Position numbers and translations under genes: made by a program
Shown here: one piece after another, positions 19,579 through 33,119 of the stretch
Numbering within the stretch: position 1 is the stretch's first letter
Layout: the number at the start of each line of letters is the position of its first letter
NCBI GenBank assembly: GCA_051252135.1
Contig: JBPOGH010000011.1
Location: 32,001 to 96,000, forward strand
Length of the DNA: 64,000 nt
Reading direction: 5' to 3'
Source of the DNA: Verrucomicrobiaceae bacterium
GTDB lineage: Bacteria; Verrucomicrobiota; Verrucomicrobiia; Verrucomicrobiales; Akkermansiaceae
Notes under the pieces: model-generated
The model's database searches: none
Seen by the model: only the letters and a program-made list of their open reading frames with translations
Told to the model about the DNA's origin: nothing

Positions 19579-19758
19579 CTATCAGTGAGGTGATCTACCG
19601 TGCGAAGGAGAAGAATTAACCCCTCACCTCATTCGGAGGACGGGGCAATATCGCTGACTCGCCTAGCTGTCTACCAAAAACCGAAGAAAAAGGGGAAAAA
19701 AATATAATCAGTAGAGAATATCAACTTTTCTCGACCTTCACCGCGGATTGATGGAGCC

Positions 19759-19794
19759 AAAAAAACCCGACTGGACGTATCCGGTCGGGCTTTT
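19759..19794 (-). terminator. Intrinsic terminator after gap
   Basis: CCCGACCGGA-TACG-TCCAGTCGGG hairpin followed by T7 on the minus strand. Confidence 0.8.
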
Positions 19795-19813
19795 GAACGT
19801 TCGGTAATCAAAC

Positions 19814-20890
<1,077 letters not shown>

Positions 20891-21026
20891 TCAAGGAATG
20901 GCGCACGAGAGGGATTCTCATGACAATCAAGAATTCCAAACTCCACAGGAAAGTCCCAAAATACCGAGCCCTCGATCCCCTTGATCAACGATTCATCTCA
21001 AGTATTTGCGTTAGCTCACCGCCCAC

Positions 21027-21053
21027 AAAAAAGCCCGGGTTATTGACCCGGGC
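21027..21053 (-). terminator. Intrinsic terminator after gyrA
   Basis: GCCCGGGT-5nt-ACCCGGGC hairpin followed by T6 on the minus strand. Confidence 0.85.
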
Positions 21054-21085
21054 CTGTATCGCAATTCTCAGGGACTTGCTTTATT

Positions 21086-23728
21086 TTACTCCTCTCCGTC
21101 ACCCTCAAGTCCTGAATCACCATCGGAGTCATTCTCGACATCCTCTTCGGATTCATCGTCAGGCATTACTCGGGCAATAGCTTGTAGCTTCTCCCCCTTA
21201 TTGAGAGTGACCAACTTAACACCTTGGGTGTTCCGCCCGCATTCCCGGACATCACTGACCCGGATTCGGATACTTTGACCGCCATCAGTCATCAGCATCA
21301 ATTCATCCTCTTCGCAAACCGAAGTCGCCCCAATAACCTGGCCTGTTTTTTCGGTACACTTCATGGTGATCATTCCAACACCACCTCGATTCTTGGCCAT
21401 GTAGTCACCGAAAGGAGTTCGTTTCCCGATTCCATTTTCGGATGCCACCAGCAGTTTGGCGTCATCACTGACAACGGCGAGACCCACGACGAAGTCCCCT
21501 TCCCTTGGTTTGATACCTCGAACTCCTGCCGAATTACGCCCCATGACACGGGCTTGTCCTTCGTTGAAACGAGTACTCATTCCTTTGTGGGTTACCAGCA
21601 TCACATCATCCTTACCGGATGTGAGGCGGACGCTGATCAGCTCGTTTCCTTCATCTAGCTTAATCGCAATCGTACCAGCCTTCCGGTAATTTCGGAAATC
21701 ATTGAGGCTGGTCTTCTTGACCTTGCCTGATCGGGTGGCGAAAAACACATTGCCCCCGTCTTCACGGAAGGTCACATCGTTCCCCTCCTCATCCTTAACA
21801 TATTCAAGTCGGAGAACAGCAGCAATAGACTCCTCGGGAGTGAGATTCAGAACATTTTTAAGGCTCCGGCCTTTGGATGCACGTGAACCTTCAGGCAACC
21901 CATAAACACGCTCTACATAAACCCTTCCGGTATTCGTGAAGAACATGAGATAGTCATGCGCTTGAGCCGTAAAGAGATGCTCAACGAAGTCACTCTCCTC
22001 ATCTTCATCTGCCCTCGCGTTGCGGGTCTCCATCCCCCGCACGCCCTTCCCTCCACGGGCTTGAACTCGATACTCGCTGGCGGCGGTGCGTTTCACATAA
22101 CCACGATGACTGAGAGTAACAATCATCCCGTCATTGGAAATCAAATCCTCGATAGCTATCTCACCCTCATCCGGAAGAATCGGACAACGCCGTGGAGTTG
22201 CAAATTTCTCCTTAATTTCAAGAAGTTCATCCTTGATGATCGCCAGCACCCGCTCTTCGCGAGCCAGGATATCGAGCAAGTCCTTGATCTCTTCGATAAT
22301 GGCATCGTATTCAGCCTTTATCTTATCCTGCTCCATCGCAGTCAACTGATAGAGACGGAGTTCCAAAATGGCGTTCACCTGCCGGTCGGTGAAAATGTAC
22401 TTGTCTCCCACCACACTGGGCTGGCTGCGGATAAGAACCCCCAGCGCTTTGGCTGCCTCCGTTGTGAAAGTATAGGCTTTGATCTTCTTGCGGGCTTCGT
22501 CGCGATTCTTGGAATCCCTGATCATCCTGATGAAGTCATCAAGATGACCCAAGGCAAGCAGGAAGGCCTCAAGGTTCTCAGCACGCTCTTCGGCTTTTTT
22601 GAGCAGATAGCGGGTCCGGCGAATCACAACTTCCCGTCTGTGCTCGATAAAGGCATCCAGTGCGTCCAATAGACCCAACTGTTTGGGGCGACGCTCATGA
22701 ATCGCGAGCATATTTACTCCAAAGGATGTCTCCATTGCAGTAAGCTTGAACAACTGATTCACCACCACCTGAGGTCGGGCGTCTCTTTTCAGAGTGATCT
22801 CGATGCAGGTATCGTCAGCGGACAGGTCTCGCATCCCTGAAATATCCACCAGAACCTTTTCCCTCACGAGTTCGGCAATACGAACTTGAAGAGTCGCCCG
22901 GTTCACGCCATGCGGAACCTGGCGAATGATGATTTGGGAAGCTCCTGTTTTACTCTCGGTAACCTCCATGACTCCTCGCATCTTGATACTCCCCCGGCCG
23001 GTCCGAAAATAGCTATCAATCCCCTTAAAACCACGAATCTCACAGGCTGAAGCAAAATCGGGCCCTTTGATATAGCCCTTCATCTCATCTATCGAGATGT
23101 AAGGATCATCAATTCGGGCACAAACACCGTCAATCACCTCACCCATGTTGTGGGCCGGAATATTGGTGGCCATGCCTACCGCAATTCCTGTCCCTCCGTT
23201 AACCAAAAGATTGGGAATTGCCGCCGGAAGTACGACAGGCTCCTTACTATTTTCATCGTAAGTCGTTTGATGATCCACCGTCTCCTTCTCAAGATCAGTC
23301 ATCATCGCCGAACCCATATGTGTCAGACGCGCCTCGGTGTAACGCATTGCTGCGGGCGCATCCCCTTCAACCGATCCAAAGTTTCCCTGACCATCAACCA
23401 GCGTCTCCCGCATCGTCCATGGCTGCGCCATATTAACAAGTGTCGGATAAATCGCTCCATCACCGTGTGGGTGATACTTACCCATCGTCTCTCCCACAAT
23501 ACGTGCGCACTTAAGGTGAGCCTTGGAAGCGGAGAGCGAAAGGTCGTGATGCATAGCATACAGCAACCGGCGCTGGGAAGGCTTGAGCCCGTCTCGGGCA
23601 TCTGGCAAAGCTCGGGAAATGATCACTGACATCGAATAGTCCAGGAAAGACTTCGACATTTCGTCAGCTACATTAATTGATTCGATATGGTCGCGTGGTG
23701 CGATTGGTTCTGGAGTGTCGTCGGACAT
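21086..23728 (-). CDS. gyrA: DNA gyrase subunit A
   Basis: RALPDARDGLKP, YHPHGD, AAMRYTE (catalytic Tyr), GyrA-box QARGGKG and an acidic tail. Confidence 0.99.
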   Translation of the reverse strand: MSDDTPEPIAPRDHIESINVADEMSKSFLDYSMSVIISRALPDARDGLKPSQRRLLYAMHHDLSLSASKAHLKCARIVGETMGKYHPHGDGAIYPTLVNMAQPWTMRETLVDGQGNFGSVEGDAPAAMRYTEARLTHMGSAMMTDLEKETVDHQTTYDENSKEPVVLPAAIPNLLVNGGTGIAVGMATNIPAHNMGEVIDGVCARIDDPYISIDEMKGYIKGPDFASACEIRGFKGIDSYFRTGRGSIKMRGVMEVTESKTGASQIIIRQVPHGVNRATLQVRIAELVREKVLVDISGMRDLSADDTCIEITLKRDARPQVVVNQLFKLTAMETSFGVNMLAIHERRPKQLGLLDALDAFIEHRREVVIRRTRYLLKKAEERAENLEAFLLALGHLDDFIRMIRDSKNRDEARKKIKAYTFTTEAAKALGVLIRSQPSVVGDKYIFTDRQVNAILELRLYQLTAMEQDKIKAEYDAIIEEIKDLLDILAREERVLAIIKDELLEIKEKFATPRRCPILPDEGEIAIEDLISNDGMIVTLSHRGYVKRTAASEYRVQARGGKGVRGMETRNARADEDEESDFVEHLFTAQAHDYLMFFTNTGRVYVERVYGLPEGSRASKGRSLKNVLNLTPEESIAAVLRLEYVKDEEGNDVTFREDGGNVFFATRSGKVKKTSLNDFRNYRKAGTIAIKLDEGNELISVRLTSGKDDVMLVTHKGMSTRFNEGQARVMGRNSAGVRGIKPREGDFVVGLAVVSDDAKLLVASENGIGKRTPFGDYMAKNRGGVGMITMKCTEKTGQVIGATSVCEEDELMLMTDGGQSIRIRVSDVRECGRNTQGVKLVTLNKGEKLQAIARVMPDDESEEDVENDSDGDSGLEGDGEE

Positions 23729-23768
23729 TGAATCTTAGGCAGAAAAATTAAAAAACGGAAACAGACTG

Positions 23769-26405
<2,637 letters not shown>

Positions 26406-26451
26406 TTAGATAACCGACACCCATTCACCCTTTATTCCAAAAGGCTCCCAC

Positions 26452-26886
26452 CTAGCTGGCAAACTGACTTTGAAGCCAGTAAGCCACTGCTAGCACCACT
26501 GCCAAAACCACCAATCCCGCAAGCAGCATCTTCACTACTGCAGCTACTTCCATTTTTTCCTGATGCGCCTCTGACAATCCGGTATTTGGACTGACTGCAC
26601 GACGCCGCCTTGCCTGGTCCTGAATCTTCTCCCCCGAATGATCTGGAGTAGTGATCTGAGCATCAGCCTGTAAAGTTTCACTTGGAGCGGCCTCCCTGGC
26701 CTTCACTTCCCGAGGCTTTACTTCAATGCTCTGTGGTGCTGTCGGAACAGGAGCTGAAATATCGCGACCACACGATGGGCAGGGTCCGGTGATTCCTGCT
26801 AGAGAAGCACCGACTGTCAAGGAGGTCTGGCAATGCTGACAGACAAAATGAATGACACTCTCTGGTTCCTGACTTTGACCAACCAT
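26452..26886 (-). CDS. Zinc-ribbon protein with C-terminal membrane anchor
   Basis: CQHC-x16-CPSC at the N-terminus, a Pro/charged linker and a hydrophobic C-terminal helix. Confidence 0.75.
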   Translation of the reverse strand: MVGQSQEPESVIHFVCQHCQTSLTVGASLAGITGPCPSCGRDISAPVPTAPQSIEVKPREVKAREAAPSETLQADAQITTPDHSGEKIQDQARRRRAVSPNTGLSEAHQEKMEVAAVVKMLLAGLVVLAVVLAVAYWLQSQFAS

Positions 26887-26932
26887 GAATAAAAGATAAC
26901 GACTAAACTAAATCCTTCCAACCAAAGATTCG

Positions 26933-27988
26933 TTACAAATCCAACAAAGTCCGTTGCCAACTAAGAAGAATATCCTCGGGCTCCGCCCGTCCCCCAACAA
27001 TTTGCTCCAAAACAGGACGGGAAGCGATGACAGAGGGATCAATTTCCAACCCTGTAGCAATCTCGTTCCGCTTGCTCATGATTGATTTTAATCGCGTTTC
27101 AAATTCCGGGTCCGAACTTCGCCTTTCCCTTTTGGGACGTTTGGGCCACTCCTCCTCCGGAACCGTTCGCGCCCGTTTAATGGCGTCTTCCAACCGCTTT
27201 CTCCGATCCGGACGAAGCTTCGGTGGATAGGATATCCTGCGATCCAACGCAAGGTCCTCTGACCACTGTATTAGCTGCTTATTACCAGCGACCATAAAAC
27301 TTGGCCGATTCCAAGCTGCCGCTTCCTGATCGCGCCAAGCCCATACCTCCTTCAAGAAAACCAGTCCTCTCGGCTTCAATTTTCCGCTTCCGGAAATTCT
27401 CCACGACTGCTTTTCCTCTAGCTCCCTATTAAGGACCCGGGCTTGCGCTGCCTCACAAGATTCTAGAAACCACTCATAGCGCCCCAACTCCTTCAACCGT
27501 GTTTCAACACGGGAGGCCAGAGGCAAAAGATAGCGCACATCATTGATGGCATACTCCAACATCTTCTCGCTCAACGGCCGCTTACCCCAATCTGCTTTCT
27601 GCGAACTCTTGGACAACTCCACTCCAAAATATTGCTCAACCAGCCCTGCATACCCAAAACGCTCATGCCCCAACAATTGCGCTGCAATTTGCGTATCGTA
27701 GAGCATCGGCGGTACAAACCCCCACTCCTTGATCATGAGCGCCATATCATAATCTGCTCCATGCATCCAGACTGAGGCCTTTTTGATCCAAGCAACAAGT
27801 GGCTCAAGATTCGCATCTCCCAGAGGATCTACCAGTGCAACTTGGTCCTGGTAACAAACCTGCACCAGGCAAATGCGCTCCGAATATCGATACAGGCTAT
27901 CAGCTTCCAAATCGAGGCCGACTTCTCCAGGTCCATTTGGAAGCGAAGCGACAAGCTCCAGAGGATCAAAATAATGGGTTGATGCCAT
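26933..27988 (-). CDS. rnd: Ribonuclease D family 3'-5' exonuclease with HRDC domain
   Basis: GLDLEAD (ExoI), HGADYD, DTQIAAQLLG, DWGKRPLS...YAINDV and the HRDC-like WRDQEA...RPSF. Confidence 0.9.
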   Translation of the reverse strand: MASTHYFDPLELVASLPNGPGEVGLDLEADSLYRYSERICLVQVCYQDQVALVDPLGDANLEPLVAWIKKASVWMHGADYDMALMIKEWGFVPPMLYDTQIAAQLLGHERFGYAGLVEQYFGVELSKSSQKADWGKRPLSEKMLEYAINDVRYLLPLASRVETRLKELGRYEWFLESCEAAQARVLNRELEEKQSWRISGSGKLKPRGLVFLKEVWAWRDQEAAAWNRPSFMVAGNKQLIQWSEDLALDRRISYPPKLRPDRRKRLEDAIKRARTVPEEEWPKRPKRERRSSDPEFETRLKSIMSKRNEIATGLEIDPSVIASRPVLEQIVGGRAEPEDILLSWQRTLLDL

Positions 27989-27995
27989 ACAATAG

Positions 27996-28026
27996 AAAGC
28001 GGGGAAGGATTCCCTTCCCCGCTTTT
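27996..28026. terminator. Strong hairpin/terminator between the S8 protease and rnd
   Basis: Perfect 13-bp inverted repeat AAAGCGGGGAAGG / CCTTCCCCGCTTT. Confidence 0.75.
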
Positions 28027-28081
28027 GTAAGTTTAGAACGCAGATTCCACAACAACTGTTGTTTCAAATACTACGGAATTA

Positions 28082-31000
28082 CTATGGACGCTCAGTTACC
28101 ATCACGCGATAGAAATGCTGCTGATAGAAAGGATTCTCACAAATAGGAATCCGGTGAATCTGCACATAGCCTTCCATTCTGTCGAAAGAGGCGAAAGTCG
28201 TCTCCTCCCAGGATTCAAGATCGAAAGATTCTTGGGCTTCGTAATTCAGGTCGGTATTCCGTGTGTCGATACCAAACTCAATCCAACGACCATTGGAGGT
28301 GGTTACATGAGTCGGAGCATAACGAGGGATATCGCTAACAAGCGGGTTGCCTCCAAACGCATACTCTTCACGGTTGGAATATCCATCGGCATCCGGATCA
28401 GCATCAAGGTCTCCTACCCCGTGAAGTCCAGCCCAAGTGGCAATTGAATTTTGAGGCGTGATCTGAATGTTATCCAGATAGGCGGTATCATCACTGGCCT
28501 CTCCTGAAAAATCCTTACGGAATCGAATCTCAATGTAGTTACGCCCCTCAGGGAGAGTATGGGTTACTGTGGTCCAACCCACGTCACCCGAACCTGTGAT
28601 TCCTACGGCATCGTTCATTAACAGCCCATTAAGAACATACTCAATGCCATCTCCAGGAGCAGAAGACACCTTATAGTCGAAGGACAATTCTGCAGGACCG
28701 TCATACCAAGCGGCCAATGTAACGGCCTGTCCGTCACCAATCCCGGAAGCTTTCAACGAGAAACCATCAGTAGCGGTGGCATCAGCGATAGGAATCCAGA
28801 GTGTTCTACTTGGTAACGTAAAGTCGAAATTAATGTTTCCATAATCCTCCACGTTCTTTTGGTAAGTCTCAACACTCTCAAATTTGACATTATCCACATA
28901 ACCCCTATCCAGCCCTCCGGCGTTGGTAGAGTCCTTGCTGTATATCCACTCAATGGTGTTGGATGCCTTCGGAAGCAACACTGACACTTGACTCCAGTCT
29001 TTTTCTCCGTCGATGAACGCATCCCAGATATGAGGAATCTGCGACCCTCCACCCTGATTAAACCAGAGACGGTCAAATCCATCTTCAGAAGAAACACTCC
29101 AGCTGTAGGTAATCACACTTTGTGCTACGTTACTAAAGCCGAATCTTGACTCAAGGTTGTCGCCAAGGTTTTCGGCACTTCCAACGGCGTCGCCGTCAGT
29201 ATCAACATTGGCAAATTCAAAGTCCCAAGGAGCGTCTCCACCCGAAGTCGTGTCGCGGGCATCTTGCTCGACGGCAGCACCGAGAGAGAACGCTGTTGGG
29301 CGAATCACCAAAGAAATCGTCACATTGGACGTTCCCGATGGACCCATGATCGCAAGCGGTGTTTCAAAAACACCAGCTTCCGAAGGAGTTCCGGAAATAA
29401 TTCCGGATGCGGCATTGAAGGAGAGGCCGGCAGGCAAAGCTCCCACGGTAACAGAGTCCGCACCAAGAGTTTCAAGCTCATAGGTCAATGCCACCCCTTG
29501 AGTGGCGAAGATCACACGGTCACTGACCAACAGCGGTGCCTGAACAACAGGTGCACTTGCATCTTCCTTCCCGTGAATGATCAATTGAGCGTTGTTGAGC
29601 GTCGCAGGAGCATTACCAGGTCGGCGATCAGTGACTCGCAACACCCACGTGCCCTGTGAGCCTTCTCCCCAGTTGCGCATGGTCAGGAAGGTCCAATCAT
29701 TGATTCCTTGGTCATTCCCATTTCCGTGGGCACGGTGAAGGATGCTTTGTGTGCCGTTGGGAGAAATCAAAACAACATCAAGGTCTCCCCTACGTTCGGC
29801 TAGAATACGGGTCCGCAACTGAACGTGCTCGACCCGTCGGTTATTCTCACCGGACAGATCAAATGTCATCACATAGGAGTCTCCCGTCCCATTTGGAATG
29901 GTAGCGGTTACAAGACGGTTTAGCTTCAATGGCGCGATCACTTCTTTCTGCCCGGCAACCCGTTGGCGAAGCAGGTTGGGAAGAGTGCGATCTTTGGCGG
30001 CCTGAACAGCTGCTGCGGCATCCACCAGGCCGGCTCCATAATTGTGGTTGAACCAGAGGCCCGCGGCATTCTGATACCAATCTCCATTGCTGGGATCCAC
30101 CTTCACTGCCGTTTGCATCAAAATCTCCTGAATGTCCCGCCATCCAATGAGACGGTTCGCATCGATCATCAATGCCGCGACTCCGGAAATCTGGGGAGTC
30201 GCTGCAGACGTTCCACCAAACTGGCTGGTGAACCCCGGAACGATCGTATCGGTTTCGTCGAGAAGGATAGTTGTCGTGCTGATTCCTTGTCCACCTCCGT
30301 CAGAAGGGGCTGAAATCACCAGGTTTGCCCCCGGCTCTGAATAGGAAGCTCTGACCCCTCCATCAGTAACGGCACCAACTGCAATAGTTTCAGGAAGATT
30401 GGCAAATCCATCGTAATTGGAATTATCACTGTTTTCAGCTCCATTTCCACCAGCCCAAACAAAAACAGTTCCCGATTGCAGCGCGCGGTTACCTTGCGCT
30501 GCAGTCTCAATGGCAGCTTTGGCGAGTGGGCTCGCTGGCTCCATCGTGGTTTCAAAGTCACTGAAGCCCCAGCTGTTATTGGAAACAAAATTCTTAACTC
30601 CATTATGACCTAAGGCATCGGCAATATCCGCGTCATCTGGAAATCCGTCACCAAGAAGTCGAATACCAACAAGATCAGCATTGGGAGCGACACCAGAAAT
30701 ACCAACATCATTATTCCGTTCCGCTCCAATGATGCCTGCCACTTCAGTTCCGTGGGTGTCAACGGCATTCATCGGATCCGCATCTTCATTACCTTCAACC
30801 AGATTCACATCGTCATTGATGTTGTAATTATTGACCAAATCCGGGTGTGGGTGAAACACTCCGTCGTCAACCACTACTACTGGGATTCCGGTGCCATCTA
30901 CACCGGCAGTGTTCCCCGCGTTCATCACTTCCCAAGCTGCCTCGATATTAATATCAACTCCAGCCAACCCGTTGTTTGCCCCGGTATTTTTGAGATTCCA

Positions 31001-31576
31001 CTGGTAGTCTCCCGGTGGAGAATAAAAAGGATCGGTTGGCACCAGGCGCTTAAACAACTTACGACCAAAAATGGGCTCGGCGTATTCCACGGATGGATCA
31101 GCTGCAACAGCATCCAACATGTTTAGAACCTTTGACGCACTCGACTCTTCACAAATTGCAAGTCCATGGTCGGGAAAGCGCAAATCAATCTTGGAAATTC
31201 CACAACGCTTTTTTACTGCATCAATGTCAGCGCCAGGGCGAAGTTTGATTAAGAACCGATTTTTTAAAACCTTTGCTTTGTCCTGGTTCCCTTCCTCTCC
31301 GGCAGGATAGAAAACGAGAAAGTTTGCTCCGGCATCCTGGTCAGCAAGAGCCATCACCTTCTTGACGCCTCCTTCCACCGCTTCAATTTGCAGTGCCCCG
31401 CTTGGCCCCTTGGAGCAGACCTCGGTGGTGCAAAGCTGAAGGGAATAGGGCTGACCCGAATTGGTAAACTGGAACATCTGTGCAGCTGGAGCCGCTCCAA
31501 ATTTTGGCGCCACTTGGCCAAAGGCTGCCCCTGAAAGGAGCAGCAGGGAGATGAGAGAAAGTCTGGTAGATTTCAT
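28082..31576 (-). CDS. Secreted multidomain kexin/furin-like S8 serine protease (P-domain, Ig-like domain, two beta-sandwich repeats, C-terminal domain)
   Basis: Signal peptide. Catalytic VVDDG, THGTEVAG, AGGNG and GTSAATP. P-domain RRVEHVQ...RRGDL. Ig-like LPAGLSFNAASGIISGTP. ATG 31576. Confidence 0.92.
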   Translation of the reverse strand: MKSTRLSLISLLLLSGAAFGQVAPKFGAAPAAQMFQFTNSGQPYSLQLCTTEVCSKGPSGALQIEAVEGGVKKVMALADQDAGANFLVFYPAGEEGNQDKAKVLKNRFLIKLRPGADIDAVKKRCGISKIDLRFPDHGLAICEESSASKVLNMLDAVAADPSVEYAEPIFGRKLFKRLVPTDPFYSPPGDYQWNLKNTGANNGLAGVDINIEAAWEVMNAGNTAGVDGTGIPVVVVDDGVFHPHPDLVNNYNINDDVNLVEGNEDADPMNAVDTHGTEVAGIIGAERNNDVGISGVAPNADLVGIRLLGDGFPDDADIADALGHNGVKNFVSNNSWGFSDFETTMEPASPLAKAAIETAAQGNRALQSGTVFVWAGGNGAENSDNSNYDGFANLPETIAVGAVTDGGVRASYSEPGANLVISAPSDGGGQGISTTTILLDETDTIVPGFTSQFGGTSAATPQISGVAALMIDANRLIGWRDIQEILMQTAVKVDPSNGDWYQNAAGLWFNHNYGAGLVDAAAAVQAAKDRTLPNLLRQRVAGQKEVIAPLKLNRLVTATIPNGTGDSYVMTFDLSGENNRRVEHVQLRTRILAERRGDLDVVLISPNGTQSILHRAHGNGNDQGINDWTFLTMRNWGEGSQGTWVLRVTDRRPGNAPATLNNAQLIIHGKEDASAPVVQAPLLVSDRVIFATQGVALTYELETLGADSVTVGALPAGLSFNAASGIISGTPSEAGVFETPLAIMGPSGTSNVTISLVIRPTAFSLGAAVEQDARDTTSGGDAPWDFEFANVDTDGDAVGSAENLGDNLESRFGFSNVAQSVITYSWSVSSEDGFDRLWFNQGGGSQIPHIWDAFIDGEKDWSQVSVLLPKASNTIEWIYSKDSTNAGGLDRGYVDNVKFESVETYQKNVEDYGNINFDFTLPSRTLWIPIADATATDGFSLKASGIGDGQAVTLAAWYDGPAELSFDYKVSSAPGDGIEYVLNGLLMNDAVGITGSGDVGWTTVTHTLPEGRNYIEIRFRKDFSGEASDDTAYLDNIQITPQNSIATWAGLHGVGDLDADPDADGYSNREEYAFGGNPLVSDIPRYAPTHVTTSNGRWIEFGIDTRNTDLNYEAQESFDLESWEETTFASFDRMEGYVQIHRIPICENPFYQQHFYRVMVTERP

Positions 31577-31625
31577 GGGAAACAAGGCGAGGATTGCCGG
31601 GTAGGTGTTTTAAAAATGGGGCTGA

Positions 31626-33119
31626 TTAAAGTTGGGTTACACGGACGCGCAGCAGGCACGTGGTATCGGGCACCGCTTGGCGGCTGATAACCTCATAGGA
31701 GGTTGCGTTATCGAGCGAGATAAGCCAGTTGGGATCGCTCGCAGTGATTGTGGTCCAAGTGTTCAAGTCAGTCGTATACTCAACCTGATACTTGAGACGG
31801 CCACCTACTAGCGGACGCTTGGGGACGGTGAAAATACACTGATTGGTCAGTTCATCCAGGACCGGGAAGAGAACAGGAACCGAAGCTGGATCGACTGGAT
31901 CGGTCTGAAGAGCAAATTCCTCAATGTTGCTTGAGCCATCTCCGTCAAAATCGGCTGTCCCTAGGAAAAGACTCTCGCTCGCCGTTGCAGGAAAGACCGT
32001 TGAGGAATACCCGTCGTAGGTGTCGACAAAGTTAATATCCCATTGGAACGACCGTGTAGAGGTATCCCGCGAGTTCCCCGTGGAAAACTGGTTGCGGCTG
32101 AAGTCGACCCGACCTGTCACCTGATCACCAATTGAAAAGAAAAATGGCCCTAGCTCATAGAAGCTTGAAGGAGTTGGAATCAACTCGGTGAAACGCTCAC
32201 CCTGTGGCACGATCGGATCGTAGGGAGGGAATACAACCGTTCCTGCAGGAAGGGTCACGGTAATCGGCAGTCCGAAATCATCCACTGTCTCAACATCCTC
32301 AGCAAAGCGGGAAATAATCGAAAAGTTGGTTGAATCGGATGGCAGGGTCGTATTTCCATTGAATCCGCGCCACTGGAACTTGAAGAAAATACGAGGATCA
32401 ACCTCAAGTGCTCCGTTTCTCCACTGACCGTCATGAAGCATGGTGAATTCATTGGCTCCGGGAACTACGCCACGACCAGGCCAAGCCTCGATCATGTTCA
32501 AGTGGGTAATGCGAATCAAATACGGATTCTGATCGTCGTTCAGACGAGGAAACTCAAAAATGTAGGTTCCGGGAACAATATCGTTCAATTGATCCTGAAG
32601 CTGATTTGCAAGGTAAGGTCGGCTTGAATCAAATTGGGTGATTTCGTAAGCCCGAATCGGACGATTGATCTGGTCAAACCAGACAACCACACTGGAATCT
32701 TCCCAACTGGCACCTCCCAACGGACGTCCCAAGGTGGATGGTGGAGCAGCGATCATCCGAATCCGCTGGGTTTGAAATGGCTCAACATTTTGCGCCGCAA
32801 CCAGACCACCAACGGACCAATAGGTGTTCACGTCCCGAATCCCGTCATCATCAATATCGCCCGCAGTAATGAACCCCGTTGTACCTAGAGGGCAAAAAAT
32901 GTAAGGAAGCACTCGCACACGGCTTCCATTATCCACGCAATTCACGATGGTCACCGAACCATCCCTTAGGTTCATTGCCAAATCACCGCCTTCATAGATA
33001 AACTGGCGATCTCCAACCTGGCGGTAGGTTTTCTGGTCTGAAAAACTGAGAACTGCCTGGCCTGACGAAAGCAACGGAGCGAGGGCGAATGCTCCTGTGA
33101 GAAACGATTTTAGATTCAT
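31626..33119 (-). CDS. Secreted hypothetical beta-rich protein with Ca-loop C-terminal domain
   Basis: Signal-like MNLKSFLTGAFALAPLLSSG. GDIDDDG and DFDGDGSSNIEEF loops. Co-oriented 49 bp upstream of the S8 protease. Confidence 0.8.
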   Translation of the reverse strand: MNLKSFLTGAFALAPLLSSGQAVLSFSDQKTYRQVGDRQFIYEGGDLAMNLRDGSVTIVNCVDNGSRVRVLPYIFCPLGTTGFITAGDIDDDGIRDVNTYWSVGGLVAAQNVEPFQTQRIRMIAAPPSTLGRPLGGASWEDSSVVVWFDQINRPIRAYEITQFDSSRPYLANQLQDQLNDIVPGTYIFEFPRLNDDQNPYLIRITHLNMIEAWPGRGVVPGANEFTMLHDGQWRNGALEVDPRIFFKFQWRGFNGNTTLPSDSTNFSIISRFAEDVETVDDFGLPITVTLPAGTVVFPPYDPIVPQGERFTELIPTPSSFYELGPFFFSIGDQVTGRVDFSRNQFSTGNSRDTSTRSFQWDINFVDTYDGYSSTVFPATASESLFLGTADFDGDGSSNIEEFALQTDPVDPASVPVLFPVLDELTNQCIFTVPKRPLVGGRLKYQVEYTTDLNTWTTITASDPNWLISLDNATSYEVISRQAVPDTTCLLRVRVTQL

